Source: a virus
Taxonomy: Duplodnaviria > Caudoviricetes
Reading direction: 5' to 3' (one strand)
Length of the DNA: 64,000 nucleotides
Virus record (IMG/VR): IMGVR_UViG_3300027754_000037
Positions 8,367 through 16,239 of this stretch are shown one piece after another. The position numbers and the translations under genes are program-made. The stretch's first letter is position 1. Each line of letters opens with the position of its first letter. The notes beneath the pieces were generated by a model, which saw only the letters and a program-made list of their open reading frames with translations, was not told the origin of the DNA and did no database searches.

Positions 8367-9038
8367 ATGAACCAGATCAAGAACCTGACACCTCATGCGA
8401 TAACTTTGGTGCAAGGAGACACCCAAGTCACCATCCCGCCAAGCGGGACCGTGGCCCGTGTATCTACTTTTCCCGGCAGCTTGCTCGAAAGCTCCCTGCC
8501 TGTCGAAGTGTGGTCCCCTATCACTTTTGGGGAAGTGGTGGATCTGCCTCCCCCCGAAGAAGGGGTAATTTTACTGGTGTCCCACCTTGTGGCTAGTGCA
8601 GCCAAGAGGGCGGATGTTTACAGTCCCGCTTTAGCGTTTGCCCACTCCCGCCCCAACGATGGGACTGTGCGGGGGGAAAAAGGAGAGGTCGTGGGTGTCA
8701 CCCGCCTCGTGCGAAGTAGCCAACAGCAACAACCCAAGGAGAATGGAATGAATAAGCTAGAAAACAGAGTGTTTAAGTATTCCCTCATCCAAAGAGGAAT
8801 TAGTCTCCCACTAACCTCAAGTGAGTGGGAGAATTTGAGGAGAAGCTATGAAAGTGAACACCCGTATAGGGTTGATACGAGTTCCAGAACTTGGGGCTCC
8901 GGGGATTATGAGGAGACAACCCTTATTAGTAACATTTTCATTGATACTATTGATGGGGTTGAGTTAATTGCGACTCTCAGGTGTTTTTCAAAGGAAAAAA
9001 TAGAGGATAGGATAAATAGGCAAGAGGCAGGATTTTAA
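8367..9038 (+). CDS. NLTPH-family protein, copy 2, fused in frame to a second ORF (internal RBS and ATG at 8748)
   Basis: First ~120 aa closely match 7819..8160; no stop; AAGGAG-N6-ATG at 8736-8750. Confidence 0.65.
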   Translation: MNQIKNLTPHAITLVQGDTQVTIPPSGTVARVSTFPGSLLESSLPVEVWSPITFGEVVDLPPPEEGVILLVSHLVASAAKRADVYSPALAFAHSRPNDGTVRGEKGEVVGVTRLVRSSQQQQPKENGMNKLENRVFKYSLIQRGISLPLTSSEWENLRRSYESEHPYRVDTSSRTWGSGDYEETTLISNIFIDTIDGVELIATLRCFSKEKIEDRINRQEAGF

Positions 9039-9042
9039 TTAC

Positions 9043-9123
9043 CAAAATATTCCTGAATTAATTGTATTTTTGAAACGAAACTTCCGTATCACTATGAAGG
9101 GAGCCACTAGAGAGCAACCTTCA
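9043..9123 (+). repeat. Promoter (P6) + stem-loop module A (5'-shortened)
   Basis: AAATATTCCTGAATTAATTGTATTTTTGAAACGAAACTTCCGTATCACTA-TGAAGG..GAGCCACTAGAGAGCAA..CCTTCA. Confidence 0.85.
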
Positions 9124-9149
9124 GGGATACCAAAGGAACAACAAAGAAA

Positions 9150-9368
9150 ATGAAAATGTTAGAAAAAACTGTGTCAGATACTGTGTCAGATACTGCTTAT
9201 TGGGCAGTATCTGAGTATCGAGGATACAAGAGCGTTCAAGAAATTGCTGAGATTGCAGAGTCCTGTGTGGGCGATGAGGTCTACGGCAAAACCTTTTCAG
9301 AGGAAGAGGCAAAAAAAGCCGGGGATATGGCTTTTGAACTTGTGTTTGAAATACACCCAGATTGGTAA
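9150..9368 (+). CDS. small acidic hypothetical protein
   Basis: Single gene between module A and a terminator; 12-bp in-frame duplication at 9168-9191. Confidence 0.6.
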   Translation: MKMLEKTVSDTVSDTAYWAVSEYRGYKSVQEIAEIAESCVGDEVYGKTFSEEEAKKAGDMAFELVFEIHPDW

Positions 9369-9391
9369 GTTGTTTTGTGTCCTCAGCTAGA

Positions 9392-9432
9392 GACTGACAG
9401 AGGAATAAACTCCTCTGTCAGTCTTTTTTTTT
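9392..9432 (+). terminator. Rho-independent terminator
   Basis: GACTGACAGAGGA / TCCTCTGTCAGTC followed by T9. Confidence 0.85.
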
Positions 9433-9436
9433 GCAT

Positions 9437-9553
9437 TCTTTAGGCTAATTGTACCTACAGGATAAATGTCAAATAAATTACTGAATTTAATTGTATTTTT
9501 CAAACGAAAGTTCCGTATCACTATAGAAGGAAGCCACTAGAGAGCAACCTTCA
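9437..9553 (+). repeat. Promoter (P7) + stem-loop module B
   Basis: TCTTTAGGCTAATTGTACCTACAGGATAAATGTCAAA...TTAATTGTATTTTTCAAACGAAAGTTCCGTATCACTATAGAAGG...CCTTCA; near-identical to module D. Confidence 0.85.
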
Positions 9554-9575
9554 GGGATACCTTGGAGATTCAGAA

Positions 9576-9995
9576 ATGACCACCGCTACCCTTGAGATGA
9601 TTCAAGACGGCCTGAGTGGGCAAAAGGTCAGCGGGTATCACTACGAGCCGGTCCAGCCCGCAAATTGGGCTGACCTGCCCCAAGAGGAATACGGGTACGA
9701 GGCAACGGCGATGTACGAGTTCCCAATCGCCGTGGGCTTCCACGATGATGGGTACGACCGCTGGACCGACGACGATGGCACCTCTCACGCCAGTTGGGAT
9801 GACTTCCCCTCTGATGTCCTCACGGGGCTGTACAAAAGCCGCAAGGAAGCTGAGGAGGACTTGGCGTGGGACATCCACAACACAGGCGCAAAAAACCTGT
9901 GGCTCATCGAGGGGTATCGCATGAGCGGGTGGCAACTGCGTACCTATGGTGCGCCACCAAACTGGCGCAGCGTCCCACACCGCTTGGTGAAGTGA
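9576..9995 (+). CDS. acidic hypothetical early protein
   Basis: GGAG RBS; GC-rich codons; single gene between module B and a terminator. Confidence 0.7.
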   Translation: MTTATLEMIQDGLSGQKVSGYHYEPVQPANWADLPQEEYGYEATAMYEFPIAVGFHDDGYDRWTDDDGTSHASWDDFPSDVLTGLYKSRKEAEEDLAWDIHNTGAKNLWLIEGYRMSGWQLRTYGAPPNWRSVPHRLVK

Positions 9996-10000
9996 TCCAA

Positions 10001-10027
10001 AGGGGGCTTCGGCCCCCTCTTTTTTTT
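10001..10027 (+). terminator. Rho-independent terminator (C-UUCG-G loop)
   Basis: AGGGGGC-TTCG-GCCCCCT followed by a T-run. Confidence 0.85.
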
Positions 10028-10066
10028 GGCAATTTTTTGGGATGTAGGTACAATTTGTCTAAAACT

Positions 10067-10181
10067 TCTTTAGATAACTTGTAACTACAGGATAAATGTC
10101 AAAAATATTCCTGAATTAATTGTATTTTTGAAACGGAACTTCCGTATCACTATGAAGGGAGCCAACAGAGTGCAACCTTCA
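10067..10181 (+). repeat. Promoter (P8) + stem-loop module C
   Basis: CTACAGGATAAATGTCAAAAATATTCCTGAATTAATTGTATTTTTGAAACGGAACTTCCGTATCACTATGAAGGGAGCCAACAGAGTGCAACCTTCA. Confidence 0.85.
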
Positions 10182-10205
10182 AACGGCTAAAAGGAAACAA
10201 CAACG

Positions 10206-10412
10206 ATGGCTAGTCAGAACAACCGTTTCGGTATCGGTGGCGTGATTAAGTGTCTGGCGTGTGGGAAGAAGACACGGCAGACCGGCGACAACGATGGCAC
10301 GGAGTTGTGCCATCGCTGCTTCCACGAGTGCCTCATGGAGAACGCACACGGCGATGGACACCATGAAGGTGCCTCGCATCCGAAGTGCCACATCTGCAAG
10401 GCTGTGGCGTGA
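10206..10412 (+). CDS. small Zn-finger-like protein
   Basis: CLAC, CHRC..EC, HGDGHH and HPKCHIC motifs; AAGGA RBS. Confidence 0.6.
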   Translation: MASQNNRFGIGGVIKCLACGKKTRQTGDNDGTELCHRCFHECLMENAHGDGHHEGASHPKCHICKAVA

Positions 10413-10414
10413 TT

Positions 10415-10448
10415 AAAGAGGAATGCCAGATGGCATTCCTCTTTTTTT
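10415..10448 (+). terminator. Rho-independent terminator
   Basis: AAGAGGAATGCCA / TGGCATTCCTCTT followed by a T-run. Confidence 0.85.
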
Positions 10449-10463
10449 GTATTTTTTTTGTAC

Positions 10464-10578
10464 TCTTTAGGCTAATTGTACCTACAGGATAAATGTCAAA
10501 AATATTCCTGAATTAATTGTATTTTTGAAACGGAACTTCCGTATAACTATGAAGGGAGCCAACAGAGAGCAACCTTCA
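10464..10578 (+). repeat. Promoter (P9) + stem-loop module D
   Basis: Same ~115-bp module as B and C. Confidence 0.85.
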
Positions 10579-10600
10579 GGTCACTCGCAGGAGCAACCAC

Positions 10601-10807
10601 ATGACCCACAACAACATTCCCGGCCTCGCTGAGTTCCGGGCAGGGGTGTCCGCTGCAATGCGGGCAAGCGAGAGCGGCTTGCAACTGCAAGCGGCAATCG
10701 CCCGCAAGGGTAACGACCTTGCGGCTCTGGAGAAATACCTCGCAACCGCCAACCAGAAAGGTTGGGTAAAGGCGGCAGCGTTCATCGAAAGAATCATGAT
10801 GGCATGA
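10601..10807 (+). CDS. small Ala-rich helical protein
   Basis: AGGAG RBS directly after module D. Confidence 0.65.
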   Translation: MTHNNIPGLAEFRAGVSAAMRASESGLQLQAAIARKGNDLAALEKYLATANQKGWVKAAAFIERIMMA

Positions 10808-10851
10808 ACAATCGGGGCTTCAGAAGCGAAGAAGAATAAAGGAGACAACCC

Positions 10852-11172
10852 ATGTATACTTTCAAGAAGGCCCAAGAGTTTCTCGGCAAGCGTCAGCAAA
10901 AGAAGCTGGCGCACAACACCACCATCCGTATCGAAGACGGTCTGATCAAGATCAAGTACCACGCCACCGACATCGTCACCATCACGCATGACGATGTCTA
11001 CACCCTGAACAATGGTGGTTGGTCAACCCCAACCACCAAGACCCGCATAAACAAGTTCAGCCCTGCCCGAATCTACCAGCAGGACTTCTGCTGGTACATC
11101 AAGGCGGGCGACAAGTCCCTGCCTTTCAACAACGGCTCTAAAGTAGATGTCAATGGTATCATACTACCTTGA
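10852..11172 (+). CDS. Conserved phage hypothetical (LNxGGWxTxTTKxRIN type)
   Basis: YHATDIV...TLNNGGWSTPTTKTRINKF; AAGGAG RBS. Confidence 0.7.
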   Translation: MYTFKKAQEFLGKRQQKKLAHNTTIRIEDGLIKIKYHATDIVTITHDDVYTLNNGGWSTPTTKTRINKFSPARIYQQDFCWYIKAGDKSLPFNNGSKVDVNGIILP

Positions 11173-11197
11173 CCCGCACCTACTGAGATTCTCCCAG

Positions 11198-11229
11198 CCC
11201 GCCACCCAGAAAGTGGCGGGCCTTTTTTT
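11198..11229 (+). terminator. Terminator closing the early region
   Basis: CCCGCCAC / GTGGCGGG followed by a T-run. Confidence 0.8.
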
Positions 11230-11598
11230 GTTTCATAAACAATACAGATAAAAGTAGTTTACTATTATTGTTTGTCTGGAAAATATATAAGATAAAAATA
11301 GTTTAAATATATTTTTACAAAAAAAATAATTAAACAATTAATAATGAAAAAGTTTTAGACTATGGGATACCCCCCTACCCCCCTACCCGCTATGACTGTC
11401 TTCCTTTTGATTCACTCCTTAGCCCTTTTTTGGCCACGGGGATTGTTGCAAATTTTCGTCCCCAACAATTTATGAATTATCCCATATGGGCTGGAAAGTC
11501 AATCGGGGTGGCATCCTAAAAAAATGCGCCGGGAGGTTTTTTGATTTTGGAGGGAGGGTTTTTGGGTGGTTTGGGAGGCGAAAAGAAGATTGTTTGTT

Positions 11599-11831
11599 CC
11601 TAGAGCAATAGGGGAAGCTCCTGAAGCAATAGGGGAAGCTCCTAGAGCAATAGGGGAAGCTCCTGAAGCAATAGGGGAAGCTCCTGAAGCAATAGGGGAA
11701 GCTCCTGAAGCAATGGGGGAAGCTCCTGAAGCAATGGGGGAAGCTCCTGAAGCAATGGGGGGAAGCTCCTGAAGCAATGGGGGGAAGCTCCTGAAGCAAT
11801 AGGGGAAGCTCCTGAATCAATGGGGGAAGCT
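11599..11831. repeat. Tandem array of 11 units of 21 (22) bp, consensus CCTGAAGCAATRGGGGAAGCT
   Basis: Counted directly: nine 21-bp and two 22-bp units; no spacers. Confidence 0.95.
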
Positions 11832-11833
11832 CA

Positions 11834-12700
11834 TCACTTTGGCAGGAAGACTCTTTTCATATGATCTAAATCTGTTTCAAAAGGGTTTTTGCTTGATCCC
11901 GGTATGTCCTTGATAACCTTTTCGAGACCTCCCTTGGAATCGACATTACGGAAGAACTCCAAATCCTTATCTGCTCTGCTTGTGCTTGGATAAACCGATC
12001 TGGCATCTATATTTCCAAATTGGTCCTTGGAGCTCCTGTTATAAGTTGGATCGTATCCAGAAGTTGTTGGCCTTAGAGCATCAAATGCTTGTCCTATCAA
12101 ATCATTAGCTTTTTCGCTGGAATCCATTAAGAATTTACCTGCTTTTTTGATTGGATCTGTCAATCCAAAAAGTTCTAAAGCTTTCTTTACCAGCCATATA
12201 GCTGCATCTGCTGAAGATTTGACAACTGCTTGGAAAGCTGGCCAAAGGTATTCGGTGCCTATCCATTTGAATAATGTTCCTATCTTGTCAGCAAGTGGTG
12301 CCAAGAAAGGGAAAAGAGACCTGATTGCGTCAAAGCGGAAACCAAGGTATATGATGGCAGCAACGAATGTGATCAATCCCACTTTCTTGATGATACTCCA
12401 GATCATGGAGAGTGGTCCGCTGGGTTTCTCGATTTTAGCCTCGTCTTCCTTTGTAATTTTGGCGTTTTTGGCTTGAGGAGACTTGGAGAGCATCTTCATG
12501 GCCAAACTTGGCAGGAAGAAGAATTCGTTTAATTTCTGGCATTCAATATCAACTATCATTCTTTCCTGAATGCTCATGCTGTTGTAGAGGTTATTGAGAA
12601 CTTTTTCCTCCAAGTCTTTGGATTCTTGGATGGACAATCCAGATTTTTTCAGGATGGACCTTTCTATTTCTTTGCAGCGATATTGATCAAGATTTAGCAT
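11834..12700 (-). CDS. hypothetical membrane-associated protein
   Basis: AAGGA RBS before ATG 12700; hydrophobic segment VGLITFVAAIIYLGF. Confidence 0.6.
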   Translation of the reverse strand: MLNLDQYRCKEIERSILKKSGLSIQESKDLEEKVLNNLYNSMSIQERMIVDIECQKLNEFFFLPSLAMKMLSKSPQAKNAKITKEDEAKIEKPSGPLSMIWSIIKKVGLITFVAAIIYLGFRFDAIRSLFPFLAPLADKIGTLFKWIGTEYLWPAFQAVVKSSADAAIWLVKKALELFGLTDPIKKAGKFLMDSSEKANDLIGQAFDALRPTTSGYDPTYNRSSKDQFGNIDARSVYPSTSRADKDLEFFRNVDSKGGLEKVIKDIPGSSKNPFETDLDHMKRVFLPK

Positions 12701-12779
12701 GGTTATATCCTTTTCTTTATATATCGGATGGAAATAAAAAAGGTTGCAATTTAAATTAATTGTTGTTAAAAAGTGAATT

Positions 12780-13184
12780 ATGCAAGAGCCTCTTACTTTA
12801 CATGAAGAAATTGTCAAGAAGTTGCGCAATCGTTCAGAGATTGCTTTCAAGGATTATTTCTGTGGTATGGTTAGGAATAGTGGTACAGAGTGCATCGATG
12901 GATATTTGATTTATTTCCCTGTTGGTGACAGATTTCTTTGCAAAGACGATGTGGACAATGTTCCGGGTAGTGGGGCTAGTGGTTTTGTGGGAGGTCACGC
13001 CGAAGAGTTTACGGTATTTCATGACTGTAGTGATGTGGCTATTGCTTACAAGAGGTGTCGAGAATCTTATAATAGAGCGGGCATGATCCATCCTAGGGGT
13101 TACTGTTGCAGAGTGGACTGGCATATCAACAAGGGTTTCAAGATATTAAATTTCAGCGCATTTGGGGTGGATAATGGGATGTGA
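12780..13184 (+). CDS. hypothetical protein
   Basis: 134-aa ORF divergent from 11834..12700. Confidence 0.5.
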   Translation: MQEPLTLHEEIVKKLRNRSEIAFKDYFCGMVRNSGTECIDGYLIYFPVGDRFLCKDDVDNVPGSGASGFVGGHAEEFTVFHDCSDVAIAYKRCRESYNRAGMIHPRGYCCRVDWHINKGFKILNFSAFGVDNGM

Positions 13185-13255
13185 CATTAATGGATTGGAT
13201 TTCAGCGCATTTGTGGTGGAAAAAGGATTGGATTTCAGCGCATTTGGGGTGGAAA

Positions 13256-13720
13256 ATGGGATGTGACATTAATATTCATCTGGAATATGTGGACAGCAGG
13301 GGTTCCTTAGAATATTTTGCAGAGATCAATCTTTTAAGGAACTATGATATGTTTGGGATTATGGCTGGTGTGCGTGGTGGAGATTCCCTTTATGATCCCA
13401 AGGGATTGCCTTCTGATCCATCTCACAGGGTGATTGAGTGCTGTACCTATTATGTTGCGGTAAATCCTCTTGATGCATCTCCAGAATCATCTGAGACAGA
13501 AATGCTTGCCACGGCCCGTTATTTTGGGAGTGGAAGATTGTACAATCCAGACCTTCATAACTTTTCTTGGCTTAGTCTTAAAGAATACAAGAATGTGCTC
13601 AAGGCATATTCCAAGAAGTATGGCAAGCCCAATGTTACTTGGGAATCTATTCTCATATCCATGAAGTTTTTTAAGAAGAGAGGATTCAAGCCTCGTCTGG
13701 TTTTCTGGTTTGAAGGCTAG
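13256..13720 (+). CDS. Conserved phage hypothetical (MGCDI-start type)
   Basis: MGCDINIHLE...RNYDMFGIMAGVRG...PKGLPSD...LHNFSWL...RLVFWF; the start region is triplicated upstream. Confidence 0.7.
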   Translation: MGCDINIHLEYVDSRGSLEYFAEINLLRNYDMFGIMAGVRGGDSLYDPKGLPSDPSHRVIECCTYYVAVNPLDASPESSETEMLATARYFGSGRLYNPDLHNFSWLSLKEYKNVLKAYSKKYGKPNVTWESILISMKFFKKRGFKPRLVFWFEG

Positions 13721-15066
13721 TAAAGAGTCCAATTCCTTATTTTTTCCATTTTTTCTATCTTATCATCTAATGTGATAGCATCCACAGCGTGGTGGAAAAG
13801 TATGGTTTTCCTGTATTCTTCTTGTTTCTCTCCAGCGTGAATCTGCCATTTTTGTGGAATCAATTCATAGTTAATCTTATGTTTTTCCTCACGGATGAGG
13901 GATTGGTCGAAAAACGGATATCTCGCAATCATTTCAGGCATTCTGCCATCATATTCCTCCAGAATCTCATTCCATCTCTTGTGGATCATCTCATAGAAAG
14001 CGATAACTATATCTGATTTAGATTTTTTATACATGAGGACACCGGCGTTGAGTAGAGGGGTGTCATTTTCGGAGTATTCGTGTGGGTAGTAGATATCACG
14101 ATCTTGTTCTTCCATGAAGCGTATCAATTTTTTCCATTCTTGTAGTCGATTGGGGAAGAATTGAACATCGCAATCGCTCCAGAAGATATATCGGTGGTGG
14201 GAATTACCTGATTGGACTGTCTTGAATACTTTGAGCATGTTTTCGAGTTTCATTTTGATGCAGTAGTTGTAGGTGTCGGATTTGAATTTGATTTCGGGTT
14301 TATATCCACGGGGAATTTGGTAGCTGATGTGCATGATGTTCTGTTTTTGCACACCTGCCTCTTGGAGGCTTGTTTTCCAGCTTTGTGTGAGTGTTCTGTA
14401 GTTGTCTGCTGCGCTTGATCCGAAGATGACTGAGTCCATTAAGAGTGGAATTCTTTTGATTTTGAGGTCTTTTCTATTGCTGAAGTAGAGCATGGCGACT
14501 CTTTCGTAGATGTATGCAGCGGTTCTGGAGGGGTCATCGACTTTGATTTTGAAGTCGTACCCATGTTTCTTGTGCATTTCTTGGAAGGTTTTTCTGAAGT
14601 TATTGACGAAGTCGATAAAGACTGTTTTGTGGCAGACGAAGTTGTTTGCCCAGAGTGTATCGTCGTTGGTGAGTGGTATTCCCATGATATTGGATAGGTC
14701 TTTCATGTAGGGTTCTATTGTTTGGTGGTAGGAGTATGTCCATTTGAGCCAATGGTTTTTGAAAAAGTCATGTGTTGGTGCTGCTGCTAGGACTGTGTCG
14801 GGTTTTAGGAGGTTCTTGATGGATTCTAGGTTTTCTAGTCCTATTAAGTCGTGGTATTTATCGTTGAAGTTATGGGTGAGAGTTCCGATATATTCTGGAC
14901 AATTGCTGAATGTTTCAGGGTCTTGGAGGTAGAACCTGTTTTCAGCTATGTCGTTGGTGTTTGGGACGGGTAGATTTAGCTTGGACAGGTCTGTTTTTTC
15001 TAGGAATTCTAAGTCTGGAATCTTTTTGAGTGAATCTTCGTTATGTCCCAAGATGAATATTTTCAT
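13717..15066 (-). CDS. Two-domain glycosyltransferase (N-terminal DUF4422/GT111-like + C-terminal GT-A), WbbM-like architecture
   Basis: N-domain ends WANNFVCHKTVF...RTAAYIYERVAMLYF; C-domain has WSDCDVQF (DxD), LNAGVL and FDQS. Confidence 0.55.
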   Translation of the reverse strand: MKIFILGHNEDSLKKIPDLEFLEKTDLSKLNLPVPNTNDIAENRFYLQDPETFSNCPEYIGTLTHNFNDKYHDLIGLENLESIKNLLKPDTVLAAAPTHDFFKNHWLKWTYSYHQTIEPYMKDLSNIMGIPLTNDDTLWANNFVCHKTVFIDFVNNFRKTFQEMHKKHGYDFKIKVDDPSRTAAYIYERVAMLYFSNRKDLKIKRIPLLMDSVIFGSSAADNYRTLTQSWKTSLQEAGVQKQNIMHISYQIPRGYKPEIKFKSDTYNYCIKMKLENMLKVFKTVQSGNSHHRYIFWSDCDVQFFPNRLQEWKKLIRFMEEQDRDIYYPHEYSENDTPLLNAGVLMYKKSKSDIVIAFYEMIHKRWNEILEEYDGRMPEMIARYPFFDQSLIREEKHKINYELIPQKWQIHAGEKQEEYRKTILFHHAVDAITLDDKIEKMEKIRNWTLY

Positions 15067-15785
15067 AGGGTATAATTTTCGTCCTTGTATAGAAAGTCTA
15101 GGCAACCTGCGAGTTGCAATCCGGGTTTTCCTTGGAATTTTGGTGGTTTGGTGTTGAGATTTTCATGCCACCAGTCTGGGTTGAGGATGTGTTCCATATA
15201 TCCTTTGAGGCAGGCTTCGTGGGTGAAGATGCCGGGGCTTTGGATGTGGTTCCAGAGGTTTTTGATGATGAACTGTGCTGTATCGTGAAGGTCCACATCG
15301 ATGAATATGGTGTGGAATGGTTTGATGTTATTGGGGAGTGTTTTTTCGATTAGTCCAGAGATGATGATGCATTGTTTTTCTACTTTGAACCATTTGAGGT
15401 TTTCTTGAACTTTCTTTATGGAGCAAGAGTATTGGTTCTTGGTGAATTCTGCGATGGATTGGAGTTCTGGGTCGTAGGTTTCGTAGGAGGCTTCATGAGG
15501 AAGTCCTGTGAATGAGTCGAAGATATAGTATTTTTTTTCTGTGAGTTGTGCTACTTTTGCAAGTTTGGCGCTCATGCCACCCTCGAAGCAACCGAATTCC
15601 GCAATATCGCCGGGGATGTGGTGTGTTTTTAGGATATGGTGTGAGATGTAGAGAGCATCATAGACATAGTGGGCGCAGGGCAGGGTTTTTTGGACGGTGT
15701 GGAAATAGCCTGCTAGAGATGTCCTGATGTTTTTTTTATCTGGACCTTTTTCGGTTGCTAGGTTGATGAATTCATATTCTGTCAT
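15063..15785 (-). CDS. TylF/MycF-family O-methyltransferase
   Basis: PGDIAEFGCFEGG, FDSFTGLP, IFIDVDL; ATGA-coupled to the GT gene. Confidence 0.75.
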   Translation of the reverse strand: MTEYEFINLATEKGPDKKNIRTSLAGYFHTVQKTLPCAHYVYDALYISHHILKTHHIPGDIAEFGCFEGGMSAKLAKVAQLTEKKYYIFDSFTGLPHEASYETYDPELQSIAEFTKNQYSCSIKKVQENLKWFKVEKQCIIISGLIEKTLPNNIKPFHTIFIDVDLHDTAQFIIKNLWNHIQSPGIFTHEACLKGYMEHILNPDWWHENLNTKPPKFQGKPGLQLAGCLDFLYKDENYTL

Positions 15786-15827
15786 TTTGATCCCCGAGAG
15801 TTATAGATAGTTTATTCAGGGGGAAAT

Positions 15828-16166
15828 ATGAAAAAGATCGACATTAATTACATACGGTATTTGAGTGGTGTGATCAGCGAGGCTGCTTACATGGGGGATG
15901 GTTTAGCAGCGCCAGCGGAGAAGTTTAACCTGACGAATCCTATGGTTGGCGGGATGAAGGTTGATCCCAAGAAGATGCACATGGATTTCCACAATTGGCT
16001 TCAGGTGCAGGACAAGAACGACTATGATCTTGCGCAACTGTTTGATGGGTTAGCTCACACGAAGATCATGGAAAAGTTTCTGGGCGAGTACAAGGTTCCT
16101 GAGAATTGGGCTGGTGGGCAATTCAAGGCTACGAAGGGAATGGGGAAGCAGCAGTATATTTCGTGA
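15828..16166 (+). CDS. hypothetical protein (LSGVISE N-terminal motif)
   Basis: MKKIDINYIRYLSGVISE. Confidence 0.6.
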   Translation: MKKIDINYIRYLSGVISEAAYMGDGLAAPAEKFNLTNPMVGGMKVDPKKMHMDFHNWLQVQDKNDYDLAQLFDGLAHTKIMEKFLGEYKVPENWAGGQFKATKGMGKQQYIS

Positions 16167-16239
16167 TTAATGTAGAAAAAAATTTATTAGCGTATACCGC
16201 TAGAGAGTGTTTGAGTTTGGATTCTTTGAGAAAATAAAT

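Noticed and set aside
10525-10553. Reading the early motif as a sigma70 or sigmaE promoter
   Set aside because: Spacing to a TAnnnT or sigmaE -10 element does not hold across the nine copies.
9043-10578. Early modules as CRISPR repeats or integron attC sites
   Set aside because: They are separated by whole genes and terminators, lack attC R/L box symmetry, and no integrase is in the window; kept only as promoter-stem-loop cassettes.
11470-11820. Track ORFs through the tandem repeat (GASPIAS, EAPEAIG and HCFRSFP repeats)
   Set aside because: They are by-products of the 21-bp period, lack an RBS, and two 22-bp units break the frames.
11599-11831. Possible CRISPR array
   Set aside because: Units are contiguous 21/22-bp repeats with no unique spacers, and no cas genes are seen.
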